Positions 25,588 through 35,486 of a stretch of 64,000 nucleotides of DNA are shown piece by piece. The translations under genes and the position numbers were made by a program. Source of the DNA: a virus. Its lineage: Duplodnaviria > Caudoviricetes. The DNA is taken from IMG/VR virus record IMGVR_UViG_3300028914_000059, positions 96,001 to 160,000 of that record. One strand, written 5' to 3'. The notes under the pieces are model-generated. The model did no database searches. It saw nothing but the letters and a program-made list of their open reading frames with translations, and was not told where the DNA came from. Every line of letters begins with the position of its first letter. Position 1 is the first letter of the stretch.

Positions 25588-26094
25588 ATGAGTGAAAAGG
25601 AAATAGTACAGTGGCTTATGGATAACCAGACAAGAGGCGCAGCTTTTGCCTTTTGTCCTAAAGAGGTGCAGGACTGGATTCAGAATAACTATAAGAAGTA
25701 TCCCATTCTCAATCTCAGTTTGAACAAGGTACCTTTGGATGATTCGGTAACCGATTGGCAGATTCCTGCACTTCCATTACAGTTCAGACTTCCGGCCCAT
25801 AAGTCCTGGGTAGAGTTTGAGATAGATGGAGATGGCGTGTTTATCATAAATCCTGCAGAATTCGGTGGATATGGAGCTACAAAAGCATTCATGTGGTGGG
25901 AGTATCTGGAAGTACTTAAACACATGGAATACGGCCTTACCAATTTTGGTGGATGGCAGTATGAAGATAGTAAACGATGGTATCTTTCTCCAGCGGTTAA
26001 ATTACATAGTGATTTGTGGAACTCGTATGTAATTGAAGAAAGCGAAGACGCAACATCAGTTATACCGGTTAAGATACGATTCTGGAGGGAATAA
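25588..26094 (+). CDS. Hypothetical protein, 'ExEI..L..N..G..F.FMP' family
   Basis: GGWxY and PxKIRFW motifs shared with 26097. Confidence 0.75.
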   Translation: MSEKEIVQWLMDNQTRGAAFAFCPKEVQDWIQNNYKKYPILNLSLNKVPLDDSVTDWQIPALPLQFRLPAHKSWVEFEIDGDGVFIINPAEFGGYGATKAFMWWEYLEVLKHMEYGLTNFGGWQYEDSKRWYLSPAVKLHSDLWNSYVIEESEDATSVIPVKIRFWRE

Positions 26095-26096
26095 TT

Positions 26097-26666
26097 ATGA
26101 TGACGGAAGAAGAAATTGTCACCCAGCTGAAACGAAATTGGAACTGTGGAGTAGTATTGTCTTTCATGCCTCAGGAAATAAAAGACTGGGTGCGTGAGAA
26201 CGCCGAGCACTGTTACTACTTTATGGGTCCTGGTGATTGGCGTAGCATGGAACATAGTGAACAGGTAGATGAAGAGTATGTCCACGCACTTCCCCCAACA
26301 TTCACTATGTCTATGTTGCAGAACAGACGTAGGTGGGAGCAGGAAGCATCTAATGATCACTGGGTAGAATATATCATTGATGAAGACGGCTTCTTTACTC
26401 TGGGAGATGCTGATTCAACACGCTACCACTGGTCGCAGTGGGAACGGGCTCTGGTCAATAATCTGGATACATTCCTGAGCTGGGGCGGTTGGTATTATAT
26501 CGAAAGTGGTGATTACTGGTACATGCGTCCACAGCTGATAGATTATGATCCCAAGCATACAGACTCCCCAAGCACCACAGACTTGGGAACTGTAAATGAT
26601 GGTGATGAAGATTATTATCCTGATTTGCCAGGTGTTCCTACAAAAATCAGATTCTGGAAGCGGTAA
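26097..26666 (+). CDS. Hypothetical protein, same family
   Basis: WVEY.IDEDG.F, GGWYY, PTKIRFW. Confidence 0.75.
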   Translation: MMTEEEIVTQLKRNWNCGVVLSFMPQEIKDWVRENAEHCYYFMGPGDWRSMEHSEQVDEEYVHALPPTFTMSMLQNRRRWEQEASNDHWVEYIIDEDGFFTLGDADSTRYHWSQWERALVNNLDTFLSWGGWYYIESGDYWYMRPQLIDYDPKHTDSPSTTDLGTVNDGDEDYYPDLPGVPTKIRFWKR

Positions 26667-26692
26667 AAATGACTGAATAGGAGGAAGTTATA

Positions 26693-27100
26693 ATGAAGAT
26701 AGATGTAGAAATAAAAAATGCCACGATGGAAGAGGCTAAAAATATAAAATGTCTGGACATAAACTATATACGGTTCTATGATCCTAAAGAGCAGGGCATA
26801 GATGCCGAGGTGTGTATAGAACCTATCTCAGCCTCTGTGAGTAAAGTAAACGGGCACCCATTTTCGAGGAAGTATTCCGTAGAAGAATGGGGTATCATAC
26901 ATAAGGATGGGGAAATAGAAGAAATGTATGAGGAAAATGATGAATACCTCATGGATATCGCCAACAAGTATAAAAGAGTAGAGTTGGTTCTGGAAGATGA
27001 TGTATCATATAATCCTGACATAGAAATTGTAGTAGACACTTTATGGTTCAGCTGGCCGGTTACGGAATGGGAAAACCATAGAAAACGATATTCCTGGTGA
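26693..27100 (+). CDS. Hypothetical protein
   Basis: 135 aa, GGAGG RBS. Confidence 0.7.
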   Translation: MKIDVEIKNATMEEAKNIKCLDINYIRFYDPKEQGIDAEVCIEPISASVSKVNGHPFSRKYSVEEWGIIHKDGEIEEMYEENDEYLMDIANKYKRVELVLEDDVSYNPDIEIVVDTLWFSWPVTEWENHRKRYSW

Positions 27101-27111
27101 GGAGAAATAAA

Positions 27112-27291
27112 ATGAAACGTGGAGATGCTATGAAACTTCACAATGAAGACGAAGTTATAGTTAAAAAAACAGGACAGGTTCTTCGGGTCATAAAAGCTTG
27201 GGGGCTGAATCTGGATAAACACAGAAATCCCAGCGTAATAGCTTTACTCCTGGATGATGGAATCTGGTATACTCACAAGGAGGTAAAATGA
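27112..27291 (+). CDS. Hypothetical protein
   Basis: GAGGAG RBS before MKRGDAMKLHNEDEV. Confidence 0.65.
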   Translation: MKRGDAMKLHNEDEVIVKKTGQVLRVIKAWGLNLDKHRNPSVIALLLDDGIWYTHKEVK

Positions 27292-27539
27292 ACAAAACTT
27301 ATAGAATATTGTTTTATGGTCTGGAAGGGTCTCAGAAATGTCCTGTTGCTTACCGATTGAACAGGAGTATACCGCTTCGAGACGCTAAAAAGATGTTAGG
27401 GATCGAAAAGTGGACTGGGGACGGTATCCGCCTGACCTATGATGGTGGAGCCCTTCTCTCAATTGGTAAGCATGGACTAAGTAACCGTCTGGTATTTGCT
27501 TATCACAGCTATCAGATGAAAGGTAGAAAGTATGGCTGA
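27288..27539 (+). CDS. Hypothetical protein
   Basis: AAGGAGG RBS, ATGA overlap. Confidence 0.7.
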   Translation: MNKTYRILFYGLEGSQKCPVAYRLNRSIPLRDAKKMLGIEKWTGDGIRLTYDGGALLSIGKHGLSNRLVFAYHSYQMKGRKYG

Positions 27540-27780
27540 ACAGGAAATTATTAAATTACTTAAAGAGAATGTAGATAAGGGTGTGTGTCTGGGCTTCATG
27601 CCTGATGATGTAGTGCGCTGGTGCAATAAGAACAAGGAGAAATTATATTTCTTCTTTGATTATATGATGACAGACGATGGAAGTATGGAGCACGAATGGA
27701 TAGGGTATGCTGATGCTGCTTTCGTGATAGAGGATGACTTCGGTCATTTAAGCGAAAGAAATATTGTTGCTATATATTAA
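27532..27780 (+). CDS. Hypothetical protein, 'ExEI..L..N..G..F.FMP' family
   Basis: MAEQEIIKLLKENVDKGVCLGFMP. Confidence 0.7.
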   Translation: MAEQEIIKLLKENVDKGVCLGFMPDDVVRWCNKNKEKLYFFFDYMMTDDGSMEHEWIGYADAAFVIEDDFGHLSERNIVAIY

Positions 27781-27792
27781 GGAGGTAAAAAA

Positions 27793-28125
27793 ATGACAGA
27801 TGTAATGATAGAGCTACAGTTCGCTTTGGATAAGTTCGGTTATAAATGGGAAGATATCGAGTGGGCACATTTAAACAATAAAGCCAATGAGAGGGATGCT
27901 ATAATAAAGCCCAGTTATTCTAAAGATGATATGGATAAATTTAAAGAGGACATCATCAATATGGGTCAATATGACGATGGCTACGGTGGTCAGGAACTCT
28001 TCGGAGATGTCGTATTCAAAGACGGAACCTGGTTAAGTAGAGGGGAATACGATGGTTCCGAATGGTGGCATTATAACATCAAGCCCACATATGAAGCTTA
28101 TATAAAAGATTTGGGCAGGGATTAG
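27793..28125 (+). CDS. Conserved phage hypothetical protein
   Basis: 'YDDGYGGQEL.G.V.FKDGTWLSRGEYDGSEWW' motif common in phages. Confidence 0.8.
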   Translation: MTDVMIELQFALDKFGYKWEDIEWAHLNNKANERDAIIKPSYSKDDMDKFKEDIINMGQYDDGYGGQELFGDVVFKDGTWLSRGEYDGSEWWHYNIKPTYEAYIKDLGRD

Positions 28126-28257
28126 GAGGATAAATATGAGCAGAGATGAAGATAAAAGCCTGCAGTCAAATACAGACCCAGGCTTCACCCTGACTTTCCT
28201 CAGCGCCTTAGTTATAATGCTGGCAGTATCTCTCATAGTTATGTATCTGGTAGGTGC

Positions 28258-28530
28258 ATGATGTATAGATACCGCAGAAAAGGAAAAGACGGGCTGCCCC
28301 TATATACCTTCACCTGTGACAGATGTGACAAGTGGGTGTGGGATAGTCACGGGGGCAAGGCTGTCGGTACTAAGGACGAACTTATCCGCAGGGCCGTTCG
28401 GGATCTTGGCTGGCAGATTCTTGAAAATACAGAATCAAAAGCCAATCATGTATTCTGTAAGGAATGCATGGAAGAGCTCGAACGGCTCAGGCCTGGTATA
28501 TTTGACGGAGGAGGCGATTCTAATGTTTGA
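28258..28530 (+). CDS. Zinc-binding hypothetical protein
   Basis: CDRC...GW...FCKEC. Confidence 0.65.
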   Translation: MMYRYRRKGKDGLPLYTFTCDRCDKWVWDSHGGKAVGTKDELIRRAVRDLGWQILENTESKANHVFCKECMEELERLRPGIFDGGGDSNV

Positions 28531-29065
28531 AACTCCCTTGCTACCTATAGTAGATCCGGACAGTGAGAGGAACGGCTTTATAAGAACATGCGCTGACTTA
28601 GCCTATAGGCTGCAGGACCCAAGAACTGTAGCTACAGCGCATTCATTGGAACAGGCAAACAGACTACCCGATGGTATAATAGCTACTTTGTTCACACCAG
28701 CGACATGCCAGAATGCTACAAGCACTGGTGATACTGATCCAGGAAGGACTTCTCTGAGGATAATACCAAGATCTGTAGAAGTATCTACCCTGAAGATGCT
28801 GTATGTATATGGCATGATGGCTAAGCCTGTATGTGCATACTGCAAGAAGAAGTATGACGGGTGGAATGATAATAATGTTACCGGTGAAGAGCTTGCCAAG
28901 CATCTTAAGGAAGATGGGTGGACAGGCATATGTGAGTCCGGCTATTTCATTCCACGTGAACAGGGAATCCCGTCAGGTATCTTCCTGGCATGTCCTGAAT
29001 GTGCGAGGCAAAAACAGGAAAAATGCGTGGCTGGAGGGACACTTCTGGCCATATGGGAATTATAG
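28523..29065 (+). CDS. Zinc-binding hypothetical protein
   Basis: GGAGG RBS before MFETP; CAYC...GW...ACPEC. Confidence 0.65.
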   Translation: MFETPLLPIVDPDSERNGFIRTCADLAYRLQDPRTVATAHSLEQANRLPDGIIATLFTPATCQNATSTGDTDPGRTSLRIIPRSVEVSTLKMLYVYGMMAKPVCAYCKKKYDGWNDNNVTGEELAKHLKEDGWTGICESGYFIPREQGIPSGIFLACPECARQKQEKCVAGGTLLAIWEL

Positions 29066-29210
29066 GAGGTAATAAAATGAGTAAGGTTTTGGAACAACTT
29101 CAAAACTATATAGACTATCTGCAGGACGATGATGATCCTGCTGTAGCTAATGAACGCGCTAGCCTGGAACGCAAATGGGCTGACATTTATATGAAAGGAG
29201 CTAATAACTA

Positions 29211-30233
29211 ATGGGACGACCAAAAAAGGGAGCAACAACTAAGGAAGGAAAACAGCCACAGGCTCAACCCTCCAGAAATGAACTGATAACGAAACTAAGA
29301 GTTAAGTATTCCAGAGATCTTAATAAACTGGATAAAGTTAAGTCTGAGCAGCTTGAAGAAACTAGGTATGAAATAGAGAAAGCTTATAAAATTAATCGAG
29401 AAAGACTGGAAGATAAGTTCAACAAGAACCTTGCAGCTATTAATGAAAAGTATCCTGCGAAACATAGCTCACCCACAGGTAAAATCAGGGACGAAATGCC
29501 CAACATATACGAGATGATGTATCTGGGTTATAATAATAACCATCTTAGACATATGAATCCCTGGATAAAGGAAGTATGTGATGATGAGCATTATGGTGTG
29601 TCTGCTAAGTACATGGTTTCACTTCGAGAAGAATTTAAAACTGTGATAGAACCAATGTTCAAACAGTTTCATGAAACCGGTATAGGTCCTATTATATTTG
29701 GGAGACACATGTCTAACAGGCCTCATGCTAATGGTTGTGGTTATTCTGATGATATGATGGACCCATGTAAAGAACCCGTAGACTCAGATTACTACGTGGA
29801 GTTTACAATCCTGTCTCTCGAGGGTCTGGATAGACTTCTGAATATAATGGACACAGCTTATGTGTATCACAACACAGATCAGGCTAAACGTAAAGGTTAC
29901 ATGTGGTATGTTGTCTTCACATATCCTAATGAACGTAATCATATGGTTCTGAGATTGTACTGGAGACCTCAGTATGATCCAATGTATGTATTAGGCAGGT
30001 TTCTACAGATATTGCAGCGTAACAGGACGTTTTTCTCTGAGAGAGTCTGGCAGGAGTTTCTTAAGAGATACGAGGATGAAATTCAGTATATCGGTGGGCA
30101 TGGTTTCGAAGACTATACCTATTATAATGCCTTTTGTCGATACGAGGAAGATTTACATAAAAAATACTGGGTTACTTTATACAAGGAACCTAGAACAAAA
30201 CCACTTCAGATGGAGATAAAACCAGAATATTAA
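29211..30233 (+). CDS. Hypothetical protein
   Basis: 340 aa, AT-hook-like MGRPKK start, AAGGAG RBS. Confidence 0.8.
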   Translation: MGRPKKGATTKEGKQPQAQPSRNELITKLRVKYSRDLNKLDKVKSEQLEETRYEIEKAYKINRERLEDKFNKNLAAINEKYPAKHSSPTGKIRDEMPNIYEMMYLGYNNNHLRHMNPWIKEVCDDEHYGVSAKYMVSLREEFKTVIEPMFKQFHETGIGPIIFGRHMSNRPHANGCGYSDDMMDPCKEPVDSDYYVEFTILSLEGLDRLLNIMDTAYVYHNTDQAKRKGYMWYVVFTYPNERNHMVLRLYWRPQYDPMYVLGRFLQILQRNRTFFSERVWQEFLKRYEDEIQYIGGHGFEDYTYYNAFCRYEEDLHKKYWVTLYKEPRTKPLQMEIKPEY

Positions 30234-30235
30234 AA

Positions 30236-30271
30236 TAAAATAACCAGGCTGTGATGGCCTGGTTATTTTTT
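30236..30271. terminator. Bidirectional terminator (ATAACCAGG/CCTGGTTAT family)
   Basis: Inverted repeat with A/T tails; related hairpins near 39358 and 52739. Confidence 0.8.
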
Positions 30272-30276
30272 AGCTA

Positions 30277-31101
30277 TTATTTGTTCTTTTTATTTTTCTT
30301 AGTGTTTCCGCTGTCTGACTGACTTGCGCCGGATCCTCTGAGTGAGCCTAGACCTAAGCCACCAAGTCCACCAGCAAGAGCTCCTCCGGCACCAAGAGCA
30401 TACCCTTTATTTTCAAGACCGGATATAAGCTGTGATAAGTTATCATTAATGCCCGAAGTGCTTCCCTGAAGTTCTTGTACGATACTTGAAAGATCTTTAA
30501 TGCGCTTTTGTTTATTAGTATAATTTAACAATGCTTCATTTATGTTGTTAGCTTTTGCACCAGCGCCACCATTACCTGTAAGGTTTAATGTATATGCTAA
30601 GGTAGCGTCAGATGAGTCTTTAGATAAAGCATCACGAAGTTTACCTAATCCAGTATCTGTTTGAGCTAAACTGTTATTAATTCTATCCTGCATTACCGGA
30701 ACATTTTCAATAGACTGCTTGAAAGCCTTTGCCTGGTCTACTGCAGTATCAATTCCCTGTTTTGTCTTAGCACCAGCTGCTGACAGTCCTTCCTTGGCTT
30801 TAGCACCAGCTGCTGATAATCCTTCCTTGGCTTTAGCACCAGCTGCTGATAATCCTTCCTTGGCTTTAGCTATATACGGGGCCAATGCTTCAGAAGTTTG
30901 TGCTCCAAAGTTTCTTAAACTTTCCCCAGCTGCTGTACCAAAGTTTCTTAAGCCGTCACCCGCCTGTGCCCCCAAAGCCCTTAAAGTTTCCATAAGGTCT
31001 GCCTGCTTTTGCAGTTCTGCCTGTTTTTCCATTTCTGAATTTATCATGACAAGCTTAAGCTGAGCTGCTCTGGCTATATCATTAGCTAATTTATTAATCA
31101 T
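30277..31101 (-). CDS. KxA-leader protein with 11-aa repeats and C-terminal glycine zipper
   Basis: MINKLANDIARAAQ...EKQAELQKQA; three AKAKEGLSAAG repeats (33-bp repeats about 30767-30870). Confidence 0.8.
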   Translation of the reverse strand: MINKLANDIARAAQLKLVMINSEMEKQAELQKQADLMETLRALGAQAGDGLRNFGTAAGESLRNFGAQTSEALAPYIAKAKEGLSAAGAKAKEGLSAAGAKAKEGLSAAGAKTKQGIDTAVDQAKAFKQSIENVPVMQDRINNSLAQTDTGLGKLRDALSKDSSDATLAYTLNLTGNGGAGAKANNINEALLNYTNKQKRIKDLSSIVQELQGSTSGINDNLSQLISGLENKGYALGAGGALAGGLGGLGLGSLRGSGASQSDSGNTKKNKKNK

Positions 31102-31783
31102 TATTACATACCTCCGGAGGTTATATATAGTAATATAGGCTACAATTCTGCGTATGTCAATATAGAACTTAATTTCTATAATTCACCGGGTTATAACAGC
31201 CTGGTTATTTTTAGCTATGGTTAGTTAATTTAATTGTCATTGCCTATGAGATATCCAGTACCTAGACCGCCTAAAGCACCAGCACCGAGCCCAGCTGCGC
31301 CTAAAGCAGTGCCTCGATTCCTGAGGCCTTGAACTAAATCAGTCAGTGTATCCCCTGAGGCACCCAAAGTGTCCTTAAGTGTTTTCCCGGCTTTATCTAT
31401 ATTGTCCAACATTTCATATGTTTGGTTATTTATTAGTCCCGGAGCAGGATTAGCTGTAAGTAATCCTGACAGGGAGCTTAAAACACTACTAGTGTGAGCT
31501 TGATCTGCGAGATCAAGGATGTTGTCAATTTCGCTAGCCCCACCTTGCAGTGCGGTTCTTAATTTCTGTTCCAGAGCTTTAGTTTTAGCAATTCCCTTTA
31601 TAGAGTCTATTATCCCAGCTTGTTTTTCCATATCTGCAGAATATCCCAGACAGGCTAATTTATACTGAGCTGCTCTGGCTATATCATTAGCTAATTTATT
31701 AATCATTGTTACATACCCCCAGAGGTTATATATAGTAATATAGGCTACAATTCTGCGTATGTCAATATAGAACTTAATTTCTA
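31060..31783. repeat. About 120-bp direct repeat of promoter + RBS + leader-coding segment
   Basis: About 31060-31178 vs 31665-31783; each contains TTGACA-N17-TATATT on - strand (31132-31160, 31737-31765). Confidence 0.85.
31230..31706 (-). CDS. KxA-leader protein with C-terminal glycine zipper
   Basis: MINKLANDIARAAQ...MEKQA|G; ends GAGALGGLGTGYLIGNDN. Confidence 0.8.
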   Translation of the reverse strand: MINKLANDIARAAQYKLACLGYSADMEKQAGIIDSIKGIAKTKALEQKLRTALQGGASEIDNILDLADQAHTSSVLSSLSGLLTANPAPGLINNQTYEMLDNIDKAGKTLKDTLGASGDTLTDLVQGLRNRGTALGAAGLGAGALGGLGTGYLIGNDN

Positions 31784-31892
31784 CAACCCATCAGGTATAA
31801 GTATAATGTTCAAAGGAAACTTAGATTAAGCTTGCTGCTGGCTGTGCCGGGCAACTTAACGATGAAGCCCTTTAGAACAAATGGTGATTAAT

Positions 31893-32033
31893 ATGGTAAA
31901 AAATATCGTTAAAGTTATTATTGGATTTGCTGCTATGGTCATTTGCTACAAGAAGTATACAGACCTTACAGACTGGACTGTTGAAGCTTTTCTAGAACTG
32001 ATCAATAACAAAAAAGCAGACGATGCTGAATAA
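31893..32033 (+). CDS. Small membrane protein (46 aa)
   Basis: GGTGATTAAT-ATG context downstream of GGTATAAG promoter and leader motif. Confidence 0.6.
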   Translation: MVKNIVKVIIGFAAMVICYKKYTDLTDWTVEAFLELINNKKADDAE

Positions 32034-32139
32034 GAATTTTTGGGCCTAGCAGAGCCCAGGTACTTCAGGTGCCAAATCTGTTTTTTACCTGTTAATTTTA
32101 AATGCTTGTACAGGTATAAGTATGAGCGGAGGTGATATT

Positions 32140-32430
32140 ATGTCAGCATTGTTGTATGTCCAGCAGGTAATACTGCTTGTTTTGTTCTCTTTTTCATTCC
32201 TCCTTCTTATGGTTGAAATAGTACCAGAAAGAAGCTTGGAACTTGTCTCTGCTCTCGTAGATTTTATTATCTTCATTAGCAGCTGGGGAGAATATGATGG
32301 CTATAAGGACTTTAGAAACAAGAAAGTTGCTGAACGTCCAGAGCTAGAAGAAGAACTTCCCGAAAGCGTCATAGAATTCATTCTATTTTATGAAGATCAT
32401 GACGACGACAAGAAAGGAGATAAAAAATAG
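32140..32430 (+). CDS. Hypothetical membrane protein
   Basis: GGAGGTG RBS before MSALLYV; hydrophobic N-half. Confidence 0.65.
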   Translation: MSALLYVQQVILLVLFSFSFLLLMVEIVPERSLELVSALVDFIIFISSWGEYDGYKDFRNKKVAERPELEEELPESVIEFILFYEDHDDDKKGDKK

Positions 32431-32495
32431 AAAAGGAACCTTCAGGTTCTTTTTTACCTGTTAATTTTTAACTTTGTATAGGTATAAGTATATTA

Positions 32496-32761
32496 GTAAG
32501 GATGAATGTATCTATCTAGATACGGTATCCGGCCGAATGAGGGGAGTAGAAACATCCCGCAGTTATGATGAATAACTGCTGGAGACCCAAGTTATGGTCA
32601 TCTTGGTATTGCGTAAATAGGGGTTAATAATGGCCGGGCCCCGTTCCGCCTACTCGGATGTCCAAGATCCCACCCGCTACGGATCTCTCGAAAGAGGGAT
32701 TAAAATGGTGCGACCAAGACAGCCAAGGCTCTATCGAAAGATATCCGGAGGGCTGTTTTTT
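32496..32761 (+). ncRNA. Unidentified structured RNA with own promoter and terminator
   Basis: GGTATAAG at 32481, multiple helices and crossing pairings, ends ACAGCC/GGCTGT + T-run; no ORF. Confidence 0.6.
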
Positions 32762-32881
32762 ACCTATTAATTTTTTACATACACACGGGTATAAGTACAG
32801 TATCAAGAGATCAATGATCTGACATTTCTAGCGTGCTAGGGTGCAGACGTTAAATTAGGTCTCTGATACAAGGTGATTAAT

Positions 32882-33292
32882 ATGTCAGGACTCAGTAGAA
32901 CAGAACGTTTTCAACAGTTGTTTAATTTGTTAAATGAACTACAGTTGGTGCCTGGTTCAGAATTTTTTGCTTTCTTGAAGCGGGAAACTCATTCACCCGC
33001 AAGTAACGCCTGCTGGCTGAAGAAAGACAACTTCTGCTACCATATGGTAGTTGATAATCTTCTGGCTCATGAAGGATGGGAACCTGGATGCAGTGTTAGT
33101 TATGGCTATCTAGATCACGACAGAGGTACTTCTCACTTGGTCAATACTTCTGGTTCTTTGAAGTTTAATCCTAAAGATGCTGAAGAAGAAGAACTCGAAG
33201 GTTACGTTAATGCTGACGATGCAGAAGCCGCTAGAACACTTATGGGGCTGTTGCTAGATTATGAAGCAAAATTCAAAATCAGCAAGCTTTGA
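32882..33292 (+). CDS. Hypothetical protein
   Basis: AAGGTGATTAAT-ATG start context. Confidence 0.75.
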   Translation: MSGLSRTERFQQLFNLLNELQLVPGSEFFAFLKRETHSPASNACWLKKDNFCYHMVVDNLLAHEGWEPGCSVSYGYLDHDRGTSHLVNTSGSLKFNPKDAEEEELEGYVNADDAEAARTLMGLLLDYEAKFKISKL

Positions 33293-33301
33293 GTGGTAGT
33301 C

Positions 33302-33331
33302 AAAAAGAGCCTTTTCTCAAGGCTCTTTTTT
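33302..33331. terminator. Bidirectional terminator
   Basis: AAAAAGAGCCTT/AAGGCTCTTTTT. Confidence 0.8.
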
Positions 33332-33362
33332 ATCTTATATTTTTAATAATTATATAATGTTG

Positions 33363-33797
33363 TTAATCATCAATTTCAGAGTATGCTACTACCATTGGAA
33401 TTCTACGCATTTTGTCAGCAGTTCTTTTATTGTAGGCATCGTACTCTTTTTTATTTGGTGATAATCCACCCGCCATTAAACCTAAATTTGTAGTTAATAG
33501 TCCAGAAGCTACCCAATCTTTGGGGTTTATAAATCTACCGGTAGCATGTCCGAGCATGCCCATTCCAGCACCCCTGAGTATAGCTGGTAAGTATAATCTG
33601 TCTTCAGGATCGTTTGCTGCATGTTGGCCCAGGGCCCCCATTAACCCACCTGCAATTCCACCCACACTCAGAGCTGCTAATAGTTCTGGCAGTCTTGAGG
33701 GTGTTTCTATTCCAGCTATTTTTGTCGTTGTTGTGCTTAGAGCAGCTAGTTTAATCTGAGCAGCCCGTGCTATATCGTTTGCTAATTTATCTATCAT
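33363..33797 (-). CDS. KxA-leader glycine-zipper protein
   Basis: MIDKLANDIARAAQIKLA...TKIA|G; GxxxG helices. Confidence 0.75.
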   Translation of the reverse strand: MIDKLANDIARAAQIKLAALSTTTTKIAGIETPSRLPELLAALSVGGIAGGLMGALGQHAANDPEDRLYLPAILRGAGMGMLGHATGRFINPKDWVASGLLTTNLGLMAGGLSPNKKEYDAYNKRTADKMRRIPMVVAYSEIDD

Positions 33798-33967
33798 AGG
33801 ATACAATCCTTTCAGGTATATTTCATATTATATAATATCTCTTAATTTACTTAATATCAAGCCTCTGCACAGGTATAAGTACTCTGATAGAGGACAATAG
33901 ATCTATAATTTCTCGCTGTGCCTGAGTTATAGACGATAAATTAGTCCTTATCAAAAAGGTGATTAAT

Positions 33968-34441
33968 ATGAAGTATAACGTTAAGAAAGAATTAAACAAT
34001 TTCGTCAACTTTACTGGTCGCATGGCTACAGATCTTCCAGCATGTGTTCGTCGTGACTTTTTTAAGTCTCAGGGCGAAAACACCTTTACTGTAGATTTAA
34101 ATAGTGACGAACTTAAAAGACTTTCTTCTAGAATTGGTGTTCAGCTAATTCAGCTTGTAATTCATTTCAACCTCAAGGAAGAAATCGAGCTTATAGCTGA
34201 AGAAAAAGGAAGGGGCATGGGGCAGCCCAGGCTCGTCACTGTTGTAAGCAACAAGTTCGAACCAGGTTTAACCTGGGAAGATGAACATGAAGAAGCTATC
34301 CTTCCTGCTTTGATGGAAGTCAGACAGATATTAGCTGACAGAGTTATCTCTCTAACTAAGAGAGCTCTAAAGCTCTATCCGGAAGATGAAAAAGAGCAGG
34401 AATCCTCTGAAGGCGATGCCTTTTCAGTTTTCAAAAAGTAA
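33968..34441 (+). CDS. Hypothetical protein
   Basis: AAGGTGATTAAT-ATG start context. Confidence 0.75.
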   Translation: MKYNVKKELNNFVNFTGRMATDLPACVRRDFFKSQGENTFTVDLNSDELKRLSSRIGVQLIQLVIHFNLKEEIELIAEEKGRGMGQPRLVTVVSNKFEPGLTWEDEHEEAILPALMEVRQILADRVISLTKRALKLYPEDEKEQESSEGDAFSVFKK

Positions 34442-34515
34442 GTAACTCCTCCAGCTCTTCCCCTCATTCGGGGATGAGCTGGTTGCCGATTTAATTTTTA
34501 ACTAAGGAGTACAAA

Positions 34516-34842
34516 ATGACTACTGATAATAACACTCAGGCAGCTCAGCTGCTGGCTGCTGCAAAAGCCCAGGGAATAAAATTTGGCACTGTGGCAAAAG
34601 AACTGGGTGTCCATAGTTATATAATAACGAACTGGTTTACAAGCAGGTCTAGAATTCCAAATGACATGCTTGTCAAACTTAAATATTTCCTTGCTAAGTT
34701 TGGCATACTGTTTAAAGAGCCGGAAGACTGTCTAGAACAGCTTCAGGTAGACGAAGAGATGCTACTGTCTTTTTATCGTAAGCTGGATTTAAAACATAAA
34801 TCAATGATGTTAAGTCTAGCCGAAGATTTTAGTAAGCTTTAA
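34516..34842 (+). CDS. XRE/Cro-type HTH protein
   Basis: GIKFGTVAKELGVHSYIITNW...IP; C-terminal 'EEMLLSFYRKLD' typical of repressors. Confidence 0.75.
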   Translation: MTTDNNTQAAQLLAAAKAQGIKFGTVAKELGVHSYIITNWFTSRSRIPNDMLVKLKYFLAKFGILFKEPEDCLEQLQVDEEMLLSFYRKLDLKHKSMMLSLAEDFSKL

Positions 34843-35012
34843 TGCTTTTGATAACTACCGGGGTCTCCCCGGTATTTTTTTATCTGGCACTTAATTTCAT
34901 TTCCTTATTTGTTATAAGATATATGCAATGAAGATATAATACCTCTAAGACTTTTGCTACAGGGCTGTGCCCGGCGGAGTTACTAAAGAAGGTGTTGTAT
35001 CTGGAGATTAAT

Positions 35013-35486
35013 ATGACAAATTCTACTACTACTACTGAACTCAACCCCGTTACTACTTCTGAAAAAATACCTGGATTCTTTACACTTAAAAACGGCCAAA
35101 AAGTCGTTCAGACTTCTGGACATCCATGCGCTTTCAATGACGGCACTGTATTTAGACCTGACGAAATAGAATCTAAAGCTATTAAGGCCTATTTTTCTTT
35201 TCTGACCGTTGAACGCAGCTTCCAGGAAGTCCCCTCTCCTTTTCCAGGCATACGTTACACTCACAGTTCTCAAAAATTGTCAGAAGCAACTGTAAATAAA
35301 CTGCATGAACTTGTAAAGGCTAATCCCGATACTATGTTCTTAGTTCCGTTTATGGTTGAAAGTGCTTTGTGGGAAATGGGTATTCGTGACAAGTTCCCGA
35401 CTCTTGCTGGTGGCAATGCTACACCTGAAACTTCCAGGGAAACCCCAGATAAGAAGATTTGGAACTTGCAGAATATGGCTTACTAA
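35013..35486 (+). CDS. Hypothetical protein
   Basis: GGAGATTAAT-ATG start context. Confidence 0.75.
   Translation: MTNSTTTTELNPVTTSEKIPGFFTLKNGQKVVQTSGHPCAFNDGTVFRPDEIESKAIKAYFSFLTVERSFQEVPSPFPGIRYTHSSQKLSEATVNKLHELVKANPDTMFLVPFMVESALWEMGIRDKFPTLAGGNATPETSRETPDKKIWNLQNMAY

Noticed and set aside
32496-32761. Hammerhead, pistol, twister or HDV/theta ribozyme assignment
   Set aside because: Conserved catalytic cores could not be matched by eye; left as unidentified RNA
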